Assembly: GCA_963815195.1 (NCBI GenBank)
Contig: CAWFGE010000017.1
Coordinates: 192,001-256,000 of the forward strand
Origin: an uncultured Planctomycetaceae bacterium
GTDB lineage: Bacteria > Planctomycetota > Planctomycetia > Planctomycetales > Planctomycetaceae
Direction of reading: 5' to 3'
Length of the DNA: 64,000 bases
The notes below the pieces were generated by a model. It saw only the letters and a list, made by a program, of their open reading frames with translations, searched no databases and was not told the origin of the DNA. The position numbers and the translations under genes are program-made. Of this stretch, positions 21,287 through 32,082 are shown one piece after another (within the stretch, counting starts at the first letter, position 1; each line of letters begins with the position of its first letter).

Positions 21287-21601
21287 CCTTCGCCCTCCTG
21301 CACGAGAAAGGTGGAAAACGTATCAAAATCGCTCGGTTGGGTGAATGCCAATGAGATCTGTTTTGTGTTCATGTGTTTCCTGTAGCGGAGCCGCCGAGAA
21401 TCATGGCTCACAGAATCATGATTTTGTGCACCGCCACCGACTTTGCTGCAAATCCGTGCGGTTGATGACGGTTCTAGTGCGCTCCCCGGCCATTTTGCCA
21501 GGCGGGGACTGGGTTTTCCCGGAGTCCACCGGCGGGGGATCCGATGTAGAAAAGGAATCGGCATCCCTCGGCTCAGACACTCCCAATCCACGCGCTCGAT
21601 T

Positions 21602-22364
21602 ATGCAACCCGACTTAAAAGACCGCACCGCCCGGCTTTCGTTCTTTGTGCTGAACCTCCTGGACGAAATCCGCGTCTCACCCCGCGACGTCGATCCGCAA
21701 GAAATCCGCTGCAATCTGCTGAACTTGCTGGCCGCGTTCGATCGAGGCGATTCCCCGAACGACACGTTTCAACTGGCGAAATACGCGCTCACGGCGTGGG
21801 TCGATGAATCCTTGAGCCGGGCCCATTGGCCCGAGGCCGCGGCCTGGAACGCCCGGCCTTTGGAGAAAGACCTCTTCGGCGGCGTGTGCCGGCATTGGCG
21901 ATTCTTTGAACGGGCCGAGTTCGCCCGCCGGCGCGGAGACCGGCAGGCCCTTCAGGTGTTTCGCTTCTGCGTGACGTTTGGATTTCGCGGGATTTACGCG
22001 GGGAATGCTCTCCGAACCCGGCTCGATGATCGGCTTCCCAGGTCCCGCGCGAACGGACCGTTCCGCACCGCCCGCTTGGGGCAAGACTCCGCCCGACGAG
22101 GACTGGGGGCGAACTCCCAGCCCGCACGCGGCCCTCCACGCGGCGGCAGCGTCCTCCGTCCAAGATTTTCTGCCGAAACCCTTTGAGAAAAAACTCGTTC
22201 CGCCCGCTCTGCCTCCGACGCTCGCCGAGTGGAGCGAAACCACCTTCGGCGAGTTTCGCTCTCCCACTGGAGCCCATGCGATGTGGAACGCGGCGAAGCA
22301 CTGGGCGATTGTGATGGCCATTGGCGGTTTGCTCTCGGCAATGTTCTTCGCCGTCGGTCATTAG
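21602..22364 (+). CDS. DotU/TssL family protein; probable frameshift near 22020-22100
   Basis: AKYALTAWVDE, W..RPLE..LF, FFERA, FCVTFGFRGIY. The alternative frame 21978..22364 supplies a C-terminal TM helix (WAIVMAIGGLLSAMFFAV). Confidence 0.75.
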
Positions 22365-22542
22365 ACCGCCCGGCTTGAATCGCCCCGTTCGGCCGGACCA
22401 ATGGGAACAACTGCCCCAAAAGCAAAAAGTTTGGGAAAATCTCGCCAATGAGATTGAGAGCGTAACGATTCCGCGGCCGACGTATTACAATACCCACAGC
22501 CGATCTTAACGCTCTGAAATCCCTTGCCCCTCCCAGCTTCCC

Positions 22543-22983
22543 ATGTTGAACCACCGCAATCCGCGTATTCTCGTGATTGATGATGATGAGTCCGTTCGGG
22601 AAGTCGTCGAGTACGCCCTCAAAGAGCGGGGCTACGATGTGGTCCTGGCGGATGATGGGGCCGAGGGCTTGTTTCGGCTGGAACGGGATGCCCCGGATTT
22701 GATCATCCTGGACATGGTCATGCCCCGCCGCAGCGGTCTTTCCGTGCTGGAGCAGCTTCGCAACTGGAAAGGGCATTCTCCGCGAATCATCGTGATGTCC
22801 GCCAACGACCAGCCCAAGCAGCGGGAATACGCCTTCGCTTGCGGCGCGGACGCGTTTCTGTCCAAGCCCGCGGACATCGATGAGATCGCCGACCAGGTCG
22901 AGGCCCTGTTGATTCCGGAACAGTCCGAACGCCGAATGTCGGAAATCTCCATCGGTAAATCGCAAGAGCCGCGCACGAAGTAA
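22543..22983 (+). CDS. Single-domain response regulator (REC)
   Basis: ILVIDDD, ILDMVMPRRSG, FLSKP. Confidence 0.92.
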   Translation: MLNHRNPRILVIDDDESVREVVEYALKERGYDVVLADDGAEGLFRLERDAPDLIILDMVMPRRSGLSVLEQLRNWKGHSPRIIVMSANDQPKQREYAFACGADAFLSKPADIDEIADQVEALLIPEQSERRMSEISIGKSQEPRTK

Positions 22984-23039
22984 GCGGGCATGCGACGTCT
23001 CAACTTTTAAAATCCGCTGACTTGGCGCGCGGCTAAAAA

Positions 23040-24266
23040 ATGCATGTGTATTTGCTGGCGACGCTGGACACCAAGGGGCATGAGGCGGGGTTTCTGCGCG
23101 ACTTGCTGATCGGGCTGGGCGTCTCGGTGCAGGTCGTGGATGCGGGCTGCCTCGGCGAGCCGTTGATCGAGGCGGATGTTCCGCGGGAAGATCTTTTTGC
23201 CGCGGCGGGATATTCGTCCGAGGTCCTCAAAACCCAAGCCGACCGCGGGGCCGCGGTGAAGGCTGCCGCGGAAGGGGCGGCCGCTTTGATTCGCGACCGC
23301 GATGCCGCGGGGCAAGTCGCCGGCGTGTTGGGCCTGGGCGGATCGGCGGGAACCACGATCGCGACCGCTGCGATGCGGGCCCTTCCCATCGGCCTCCCCA
23401 AGTTGATGGTCAGCACGCTCGCATCCGGAAGGGTGCGGTCTTGGGTGGGCGACAAAGATATCTTGATGCTCAATTCCGTCGTGGACATCGCGGGCCTCAA
23501 CCGCATCAGCCGGGCGATCTTCGACGAGGCCGCGCGGGCGATGGCGGGACTTGTGACTTTGAAAACCCCGGCTCCACAAACCGCGACCGACGCCGACCGC
23601 CCGCTCGTCGCCGCCACGATGTTCGGCGTCACCACGCCCTCTGTCGAGCATGCCCGCCAGATTCTGGAAGCCGCCGGCTACGAGGTGTTGGTGTTTCATG
23701 CCACCGGCAACGGCGGGCAGGCTCTGGAATCCCTCGTCGCGGACGGCTTACTCGCGGGCGTTCTGGATCTCACCACGACCGAGCTTGCCGATGAACTGGT
23801 CGGCGGGATTCTTTCCGCCGGTCCCGACCGCCTCACCGCGGCGGGAAATCGCGGGATTCCGCAAGTGATTTCCGTGGGCGCGACGGATATGGTCAACTTC
23901 GGCCCCAGGGATTCCATCCCCGAAAAATTCGCAGGCCGGACGTTCTACGAGCATAACCCCACCGTCACGTTGATGCGGACCACGCCCGCAGAGTGCGCCC
24001 AGATTGGCGAGGAAATCGCCCGAAAAGCCGCGGCTGCGACGGGCCCCACCGCAATCGTTCTGCCGTTGGAGGGAGTTTCCGCCATCGACAAAGCCGGGCA
24101 GCCGTTCGATGATCCCGCCGCCCGTGAGAGCCTGTTTCAATCGATCCGCAAGCACCAGGGCGAAACGGAACTCGTGGAGTTGCCCTTTCACATCAACGAC
24201 TCCGCCTTCGCCGAGTTCGCCGCGCGGAAGCTGTTGGAACTGATGGCCCAAGCGCAGTCCGCTTAG
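23040..24266 (+). CDS. Tm-1-like ATP-binding domain protein (UPF0261)
   Basis: ATLDTKG, GLGGSAGT, TMFGVTT, VFHATG.GG, GATDMVNFG, TLMRT. Confidence 0.92.
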   Translation: MHVYLLATLDTKGHEAGFLRDLLIGLGVSVQVVDAGCLGEPLIEADVPREDLFAAAGYSSEVLKTQADRGAAVKAAAEGAAALIRDRDAAGQVAGVLGLGGSAGTTIATAAMRALPIGLPKLMVSTLASGRVRSWVGDKDILMLNSVVDIAGLNRISRAIFDEAARAMAGLVTLKTPAPQTATDADRPLVAATMFGVTTPSVEHARQILEAAGYEVLVFHATGNGGQALESLVADGLLAGVLDLTTTELADELVGGILSAGPDRLTAAGNRGIPQVISVGATDMVNFGPRDSIPEKFAGRTFYEHNPTVTLMRTTPAECAQIGEEIARKAAAATGPTAIVLPLEGVSAIDKAGQPFDDPAARESLFQSIRKHQGETELVELPFHINDSAFAEFAARKLLELMAQAQSA

Positions 24267-25645
24267 TATTCCCATTCCAGCACGGCCCCGGTGATGTAAC
24301 GCTGCGCGGCGAACAGCGGGTTTTTGGAAGCGAAGTCGTTGTAATTGAACACGAGCGCTGTCGAGAGATGGCTGCTGAAGTATTTGCGGGCTTCGACGCC
24401 GGCGTTCCAGAGGTTCTCGTTTCGCGACGGGGTGAACTCGTAAGCGAAGTAGTTGCGGTAGCCCCAGCCGCCACGGACGGTGAGTTCGATGGTCGGAACG
24501 ACGGGAAACACGCCTTCGGCGAACAGGTTGACACCATTGAAGCGGTAGTCCGTCCCGCGGGTGATGACGCGGTTGAGATCGACGCCCGCGCGGAGCAGGC
24601 GAAGATGGCGGTACGGCATCGCGACGTCGTGGCTGAGTCCGAGCGTATGGGACCAGCCGTCCTGCGACGTGACGCTCGGCAAGAGGCCGTCGTTGACAAA
24701 ATTCGTCCGCTGCAGCGAGTAATATAAAAACGTCGCCTGGCGATCGTCCCAAAACGTCGCCAGGCTCGCTAACACCGAATGCCGGTTGCCCAGCGTGTTG
24801 CCGGAGAATTCGTCGTGGGTGAATTCGTAATCGAGCCGGGGAACGAAGATCCGATCCTGGGAGAAGTAGAACCATTCGGCGAACCAGCCGGGACGGTAGC
24901 TTTGCAGGTCGAAATTCTGGAAGTCGGGCTGATTGAGCGTGAACTGGCCGCGAAGCGTCGGCCCCGTTCGCCAGGTCCGCGCATCGTGGAGTGTGATTTG
25001 CATATCGGGCGACACATACAATTGGCCGCTCGCGCGGTTGCCGGGCGCCAATTGCCGGCTGATGGGCGCCAACGCCACGTTGCTGTTATATAGAATCCCC
25101 GCCTCCACGCGGAGGTCCAGGTTGTTGGCGAGCCATCTTCGCTGGGGCGGATCGGTGTCTTCCAGGCGGTTGAGAAATTCCTCGCCATCGAATTGCCGGA
25201 CTTCGTAGCCGGCCTGCGCGACCCGGCCGTCGTTCAATTCTTCCAGTTCCGCCTGGGCGGACGCGGCGTAGTCGCTGTCCGGTGCGAGTGCCAGCACGGT
25301 GTCAAACGCCTCGCGGGCCGCGGCGTTCTGGTTTTTGGCTTTCTTAACGCGTCCCAGGTCACACCAGGCGGCGGCGCTGTGCGGGCTGAAGGCGACGGCT
25401 CGCTCGAGGGCCGATTCCGCTTCGTCAAATTCTCCGCGCAGGATCAACGCCCGCCCCAACAGCCGCCACGCCGCCCCATCCTCGGGTTGTTCGCGGATCC
25501 GCTGCTTGAGTTGATCGAGAATCCGGTCCGGCGGGCTGTCTTCCGCCACCTGGCCGAACGCCGTGGGCAAACACAAGCCGCTCAAAAGAAAAGAGAACGC
25601 AACACATCGGCGAATGGATTGGAATCCATCGGTCGAGACATGCAT
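24263..25645 (-). CDS. Signal peptide + TPR + outer-membrane beta-barrel protein (Slam/DUF560-like architecture)
   Basis: TPRs (AWRLLGRAL..GEFDEA, AWCDLGRV), then GILYNSNVALAP and amphipathic aromatic-rich strands ending ...VLEWEY. Confidence 0.7.
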   Translation of the reverse strand: MHVSTDGFQSIRRCVAFSFLLSGLCLPTAFGQVAEDSPPDRILDQLKQRIREQPEDGAAWRLLGRALILRGEFDEAESALERAVAFSPHSAAAWCDLGRVKKAKNQNAAAREAFDTVLALAPDSDYAASAQAELEELNDGRVAQAGYEVRQFDGEEFLNRLEDTDPPQRRWLANNLDLRVEAGILYNSNVALAPISRQLAPGNRASGQLYVSPDMQITLHDARTWRTGPTLRGQFTLNQPDFQNFDLQSYRPGWFAEWFYFSQDRIFVPRLDYEFTHDEFSGNTLGNRHSVLASLATFWDDRQATFLYYSLQRTNFVNDGLLPSVTSQDGWSHTLGLSHDVAMPYRHLRLLRAGVDLNRVITRGTDYRFNGVNLFAEGVFPVVPTIELTVRGGWGYRNYFAYEFTPSRNENLWNAGVEARKYFSSHLSTALVFNYNDFASKNPLFAAQRYITGAVLEWEY

Positions 25646-25931
25646 GAAGAATCATTCCGGAATGAACCGCGGGCGCGATCAGGCCAAATCTCGCATCGGC
25701 ACCAGGAGAATCCCGGTGAAGATTTCTGCTCGAAACGATCGAAGAATTCAAGGGATGCAAGTTGACCAGCGGCGGGATTATTGCCGAAGATCTATTCTTG
25801 ACGCAATACGGGCCGACACCATATCGTTCCCCACTCTCCCCCCATCCCGAAACGTCGGCGGACGCAAATCGCCGCTGACATTTCAGCCCCCCCTCAAGAC
25901 CTGGTTCAGCAAATTGGCAAGGAGGTCAAAC

Positions 25932-26690
25932 ATGCGAATTCTCAGGAATTGTCTTTCCGCCGCGGTGCTGCTTGGTGCCGCGACGAACCTCGCGGCGCAG
26001 CCGCCGTTCACCGACCATCCCGGAAAACCGTCTCTCGCCCAGCAGGCGTTGGACAATCGATTGCGGCGGTTCGACCACGTTTTGCCCAATCAGGCGGCGA
26101 CATCGGCTGCCGGCAGCGCAGCGACTTTGGGCAGTGCGGGCATTCCGGGGTTTGTCAACAACGGCAAACCGGGGCTGTCCGTGAGCAGCAGCCGCATCCC
26201 CGAATCCATCAGGCAGCGGCGAGACGAAGTGTTCGCCCATCAACACTGGAACCAGGGCCAGTACGATCATTTGATCAACCGCAACAAACCGGTGGGTCTG
26301 GGCTTGAAGCCCGATCACGCGGGGATGGGCCAACGAGACAAATTGGGAAAAGACGCGAATAACAACCCCGGCGTCCGGCGGGCGGATCTCGTCTCGCACG
26401 GCCAGAATCGGCGTGCCTACACGCAAGCCGAACGCCTGTTGGCCAAACGGTTGGCCCAGATCGATCGCCTGCGCGAGAAATATTTGGAAACCGGCAACAG
26501 CCAGCTTTTGAACCAGGCGGATCAACTGGAGAAACTGGCCCGCCAGCAATACGAGTTCCGCTTGGACGGCCGGGATCCGCTTCCCGACGGCGGATTCAAT
26601 CCGTCTCAGGGAAAGCCGGCGTTTGCAGGCGACGGCTCCAGCGGTTCACAAACCGCGGAACTCCCGCCGGCGCCGACCGACACGCCATAA
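25932..26690 (+). CDS. Secreted hypothetical protein
   Basis: AGGAGG RBS; signal peptide MRILRNCLSAAVLLGAATNLAA; low-complexity N-half, helical C-terminal region. Confidence 0.75.
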   Translation: MRILRNCLSAAVLLGAATNLAAQPPFTDHPGKPSLAQQALDNRLRRFDHVLPNQAATSAAGSAATLGSAGIPGFVNNGKPGLSVSSSRIPESIRQRRDEVFAHQHWNQGQYDHLINRNKPVGLGLKPDHAGMGQRDKLGKDANNNPGVRRADLVSHGQNRRAYTQAERLLAKRLAQIDRLREKYLETGNSQLLNQADQLEKLARQQYEFRLDGRDPLPDGGFNPSQGKPAFAGDGSSGSQTAELPPAPTDTP

Positions 26691-26718
26691 CGGAGTGGAT
26701 CTTTTATCAACTCGTCCG

Positions 26719-26754
26719 AGAGGAGCCGCCTCACCGGTGGTTCCTCTTTTTTTT
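26719..26754 (+). terminator. Rho-independent terminator
   Basis: AGAGGAGCCGCC-TCACC-GGTGGTTCCTCT stem followed by a T run. Confidence 0.75.
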
Positions 26755-26890
26755 GATGATCTCGCCCGCGATGTGGCGGGTTTGATCCTGATTCATAAGT
26801 TTCCCTCCGCTTGCTATGATCAAGCTGTAAGAGGATGAACCACGAAACACACAAAAGACACGAAAAGAAGAAGGGAAGTTTCCGTTTCAA

Positions 26891-26960
26891 GAGCCGCGCA
26901 CGAAGTAAGCGGTTTTCAGGGATTCAGACAACGCAAGACCGCTTACTTCGTGCGCGGCTC
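26891..26960. repeat. REP doublet (GAGCCGCGCACGAAGTAAGCGG family)
   Basis: Perfect 22-bp inverted pair; other copies at 22966, 47030..47098, 59911..60059. Confidence 0.85.
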
Positions 26961-27074
26961 TCCACTTTTGTGGCTTGGGAAACACGCCGCCAAAAAGGCC
27001 GGCCCTCCCCACAAGCTGCGTGTCGTTTACAGTTTGAATTTTTACCGTGTTCTCTTGATGCTCTCGCGTGGATT

Positions 27075-28513
27075 GTGCCGACGTTGGCTGCCGATACGAC
27101 ATTTCCGCGTCCCTTGGTGGAAGAGGTTTCGCCTTGCCCCGCCGTGATGGAGGCGTTCGCGGTCTGGGCGTCGGAGCCGAATGTCCTGCTGTTGGAAAGC
27201 GCGCTCGAGCGGCCGGGCGTGGGGCGGTATTCGTTTTTGACCGCCGAACCATTCGAGGTGCACACGCTCCCGCGCATCCGGTTCGGCAGCGATCCGTTCG
27301 CCGATCTTCGCCAGCGAATGCAGCGATACCAAGCCGCGACCGTTCCCGATTTGCCGCCCTTCCAAGGCGGGGCGGCCGGGCTGTTGGGTTATGAACTCGG
27401 CGGGGCCTGGGAACGGATTCCCCGCGTGGGCGTCGATGAGTTTCAAATCCCCGATCTCGTCGTGGGCCTCTACGATTGGGTCATCGCCTGGGACCACACG
27501 CAAAACCGGTGCTGGATCATCGCCCACGGATTTTCGCCGACCCCCGACAGCACCACGCCGGGCCGAACCGACCGGGCCGCGGCCACGATCCGCCGCGTGC
27601 GGGAACGGCTCAAAACCGCGCACCGATTTCCGGCACCGGCTTCACCGATCAAACCTCAATCTTTAACATCTCTCGCCCCAGAGTGGCCGGTGCCGGGGTT
27701 TCAGAATCTGACCAGCGACTTTTCCAAGAACGATTATCTCAAAACCGTCGAGCGGGTGATTGAATACATCTTCGCGGGCGACATCTTTCAGGCGAACTTG
27801 TCGCAACGGCTGTTGGCCCCGGCGGCGTGCGATCCCGTCGAACTCTACCGCCGGCTTCGGCGATACAATCCCGCCCCGTTTGCGGGATATTTTCAGCATG
27901 ACGATTGGGCGATCGTCAGTGCCTCGCCGGAGCGGTTTCTTCATGTGAAAGACCACACCGTGGAGACCCGGCCGATCAAGGGCACGCGCCGGCGGCAGTC
28001 GGGTCCGGAAGCCGACCTCTTCACCCGCGATGCCCTCCGCGAAAGCGAAAAAGACCAGGCCGAGAACGTGATGATCGTGGACCTGCTCAGGAACGACCTT
28101 TCCCGCGTGTGCCAGCCGGGGAGCCTTCGCGTGCCGGCCTTGTGCAATGTCGAGACCTACGAAACCGTGCAGCATCTGGTCTCGGAAATCCGCGGCGAGT
28201 TGGCAGCCGGGCGGGATGTGTGGGACCTCTGGGCGGCGGCGTTTCCCGGCGGCTCGATCACCGGGCGCCCAAGGTGCGGGCGATGGAAATCATCAGCGAA
28301 CTCGAGCCCACGGTCCGCGGCCCCTATTGCGGGAACCTGTTTTACGCCGGCTTCGACGGCAGCGCCGACAGCAGCATCTTGATCCGCACCCTGATTTCCC
28401 GATATGGCTGGGTGCAATGTTCCGTCGGCGGCGGCATCGTCGCCCAATCCGACCCGCTCGCCGAGTACGAAGAAACCTGGCACAAAGCCGAGGCCATGCT
28501 CAGAGCCCTTTAG
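27075..28513 (+). CDS. pabB: Aminodeoxychorismate synthase component I / anthranilate synthase I family; frameshift at ~28265
   Basis: [48 protein letters not shown](A)PK.RAM, IRT; missing G in GGG run. Confidence 0.85.
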
Positions 28514-28658
28514 TTTGGAGCCGAAGGATTCGCTGTCGGATCATTAGCCGCAGGGCGCCAGCCCCGGTTTCCCAGAACCAGAACGTCTGAAGTTTGTTAT
28601 GATAAAAAGGCATGCCGAGATGGACGCCTTTTGACCGCGAATGATTTGAGTGATCGAG

Positions 28659-30139
28659 ATGTTTGAAGCCGCCGAAGTGGGCCGCCAGGTTTCCAAAAAG
28701 GTTTACAAGGACGAAGACCGCAAGCTGCAGACGGCGCTGTTGGAACAGCAGCGGGCCATGCGGGACGCGAAAGTTCCGCTCCTAATCATCGTCGCGGGCG
28801 TGGAAGGCGCGGGGAAGGGCGAGGTCGTGAACCTCCTTTACACATGGTTGGATACGCGGGGCCTCGAAACGCACGCGTTTTTCGATGAAACCGACGAGGA
28901 GCGCGAGCGGCCGATGCATTGGCGGTTCTGGCGGCGACTGCCGGCGCGGGGGCGGATCGGCGTGATGTTCGGCTCCTGGTACACGCAGCCGATTATCGAT
29001 CGGGCCTACGACCAGATCAGCGAGGAGGTCTTCGACGACCGGATGCGGCACGTGGGCATCCTGGAGCGCCTGCTGAACGACGACGGCTATCTCATTGTGA
29101 AGCTCTGGTATCATCTGCCCAAAAAGGAGCAAAAACGCCGGGCCAAGACGCAACAGAACGAGAACGAATCCCTGCGGCTCTCGCCTTATGTCGGCGAGTT
29201 CAGCAAGAACTACAAAGAATTCGCCGAGGTGTCCCAACGGGCGATCCGCTTGACCGACACCGGCCACGCTCCCTGGCAGTTGATCGAAGCCACCGATTGG
29301 CGGTACCGCAACCTGGCGACGGGCCAGTTGATCCTCCGCGCGATGCAGCATCGGTTGGAAGCCGACGGCCGCCAGCCGGCTCCGATTGTGGACGATCTCC
29401 CTTCGATTCAAATCCCCGCGCGACCGAGACGATTCTCGATCACGTGGATCTTTCCCAGACTCTTTCCGATAAGGATTACGAGTCGCAGTTGGAGGAGAGC
29501 CAGCGGAATCTCAATGCGCTCGCCTGGAAAGCCTGGCAGAAAAAACGCTCGCTCGTGATGGTGTTCGAGGGCTGGGACGCGGCAGGCAAAGGCGGGGTCA
29601 TCCGCCGCGTCACCGCGGCCATGGATGCCCGGCTGTTCCAGGTGATTCCGGTGGCCGCTCCCACGGACGAAGAACAAGCCCATCATTACCTGTGGCGGTT
29701 TTGGCGGCTGCTCCCGCGGGACGGGAAAATCTCCATCTTCGATCGTTCCTGGTACGGCCGGGTGCTGGTGGAGCGCGTCGAGGGCTACGCCGGGCGGGAA
29801 GAATGGATGCGGGCTTACCGCGAAATCAACGAGTTTGAAGAGCAACTCAACGTGCATGGGACGATCGTCGCCAAGTTCTGGCTGCACATCAGCAAGGACG
29901 AGCAATACCGCCGCTTCAAATCGCGCGAGGAAACGCCCTGGAAGGAATACAAGATCACGCCGGACGATTGGCGGAACCGCGAAAAGTGGGACGATTACCG
30001 GGCCGCCGTCAACGAAATGATCACCCGCACCGGAACGGAATACGCCCCCTGGCACGTCGTGCCCACGGAGGACAAACACTTCGGCCGCGTACTGGTGCTT
30101 AATACGCTGTGCGACACGCTCAAGCGGGAGCTTTCGTAA
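28659..30139 (+). CDS. pap: Polyphosphate:AMP phosphotransferase (two-domain PPK2 class II); frameshift at ~29418
   Basis: Two PPK2 domains: AGVEGAGKG...GSWY and FEGWDAAGKGG...FDRSWYGRVLVER. Confidence 0.92.
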
Positions 30140-30298
30140 CGCGGAAAAGCACCGGCCAAAGGTAGCATTCCCCGCGTTCGGCCCCCTCACCCCCGAGGGG
30201 AGAGGCGACAAAACCAAGGCGCTCGCTTGCACACGCATTGGACAATGCGGACAATTTGGATGACCGCGTTCGACATCCACCGCTTTGGGAGAAGTCTC

Positions 30299-31629
30299 AT
30301 GCGCCCGTTCCGCTGCCTGTTGCTGGTTTTGTTGTTGCCGTCCCTCGCGTTGGCTCAACCCGAGAAAAGCCGCGAGCAGAAAGTCCGCGACGACCGGGCG
30401 AAGGTCGTGGCGGACGGGTTTTGGATCTATAACGACTTGCCCAAGGCGTTTGCGGAAGCCCGGCGGACCAAGAAGCCGCTGCTCGTCGTGCTCCGGTGCA
30501 TTCCCTGCGAAGAGTGCGTGAAACTCGACGATGACCTGGTGGATCAAGATCCCGTCATCCGCCCGTTGCTCGAGAAGTTCGTCTGCGTCCGGCAGGTGTC
30601 CACCAACGGCTTGGACCTGAAGACGTTCCAATACGATACCGACCAGTCGTTTGCCGTGTTCATGCTGAATGCCGACGGCACGATCTACGGGCGGTTCGGC
30701 ACGCGGTCGCATCGCACGGAATGGCTCGAAGACGTTTCGCTCGCGGGCATGGCGAAGGCGCTCAAGGGGCGCTCGAGCTTCATCAGAATGATCCAAAGAA
30801 CAAAGCGGCCCTCGCCGGCAAACGCGGTGCGCCTCTCGAAGTGGACTCGCCGGAAAAATACCCCGCCCTTAAGGACAAATACACGAATGCGCTGAACTAC
30901 GAGGGCAACGTGGTGCAAAGCTGCATTCACTGCCATCAGATCGGCGACGCTCAACGGCAGTTCTACCGCGAAGCCGGGAAGACGATCCCGGAAAAAGTCC
31001 TGTTTCCCTATCCGCATCCGAAAAGCGTGGGGCTGATTCTCGATCCCGAAGAAATGGCGACAGTGAAAAAAGTCACGCCCGGTTCCCCGGCCGCAGCGGC
31101 GGGATTCCAAGCCGGCGATGAGGTCAAAACCCTAAACGGGCAGCCGCTGTTGTCGATCGCCGACGTGCAGTGGGTTCTCCACAACACCGATCCCGCCGGC
31201 GGAGTTGTTCCCGCGGAAGTCGACCGCGGCGGCAAGCGAGTGGCTTTGGAGCTTTCGCTCGAAAAGGACTGGCGGCGGGCGGGCGATATTTCCTGGCGGG
31301 TCACCTCGTGGGGACTTCGCAGGATGTCAACGGGCGGCATGAAATTGGAGCCGCTGCCGACGGAAGATCGCCATCGCCTCAAGATTCCCGCCGAGTCGAT
31401 GGCCCTGCTGGTGAGGCACGTCGGACAGTACGGCCCCCACGCCGCCGCCAAGAACGCCGGCTTTCAGCCGGGGGATGTCATCGTCGAATTCGACGGCCGG
31501 GACGACCTGTTGACGGACTCCGCCGTCTTGGCGTATGGCGTCACCCAAAAGAAGCCCGGCGACCAGGTGGCGGTCGCGATCCTGCGAAACGGCAAGAAAC
31601 GAACCCTCAAACTTCCCATGCAAAAATGA
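30299..31629 (+). CDS. Thioredoxin-like / CxxCH / double PDZ protein (Trx7-PDZ (seleno)protein family, Cys form); frameshift at ~30768
   Basis: Signal peptide, WIYNDL...KPLLVVLRCIPCEEC, SCIHCHQ, two PDZ domains (GSPAAAAGFQAGD, AAKNAGFQPGD); missing G in GGGG. Confidence 0.82.
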
Positions 31630-32033
31630 TCCGGCGGTCTTTGATGTCCAATGCTGATCTTGCCGTGGTCCAGTATCTCGAATTGGCAAAGATTTCCGAG
31701 GCGAAGCAGCAATCCTCCGGCTCCGACCGCTTTTTGGTCCTGGCGGCGGAGGCGGCTTGCCGGGCCGGTTGGCTGGATGTGGCCGAGCGCTGCCGGCGGA
31801 TTGTCCTCACGCACAATCCGCATCATCTTATCCGCCGCTGGCCGACGGTTCCCGATGCCCTCCGCAGCAAGGAATTCCAGCCGTTCCTCAAACAACTGGG
31901 GCGGTTTTGCAGCGTCGAGCGAGCCGAGACGTTGTTGAGCGAACTCGATCGGAGCATCAAAGTGGACGCGGCCGATTCGCTCGGCGACCTGGCCCGCGCA
32001 CAACTGGGCGATCCCGTGTGGGCGATAACGTAG
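31626..32033 (+). CDS. Hypothetical protein
   Basis: ATGA overlap with upstream stop; DRFLVLAA..AC..G...VAERCR...HNPHHL; start may be 31644. Confidence 0.7.
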   Translation: MIRRSLMSNADLAVVQYLELAKISEAKQQSSGSDRFLVLAAEAACRAGWLDVAERCRRIVLTHNPHHLIRRWPTVPDALRSKEFQPFLKQLGRFCSVERAETLLSELDRSIKVDAADSLGDLARAQLGDPVWAIT

Positions 32034-32082
32034 CGGCGGCATCTTGCCGCCGTCGTTTCACGCCGACCGCGGAAAGCCGCCG

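Noticed and set aside
26835..27074. N-terminal extension of pabB (MNHETHKRHEK...)
   Set aside because: Reads through a 9-nt periodic repeat and a REP doublet; not part of the protein.
30182..30206. CCCCCTCACCCC...GGGGAGAGG element
   Set aside because: Single degenerate fragment of a common palindromic repeat; no associated endonuclease gene, too short to support more.
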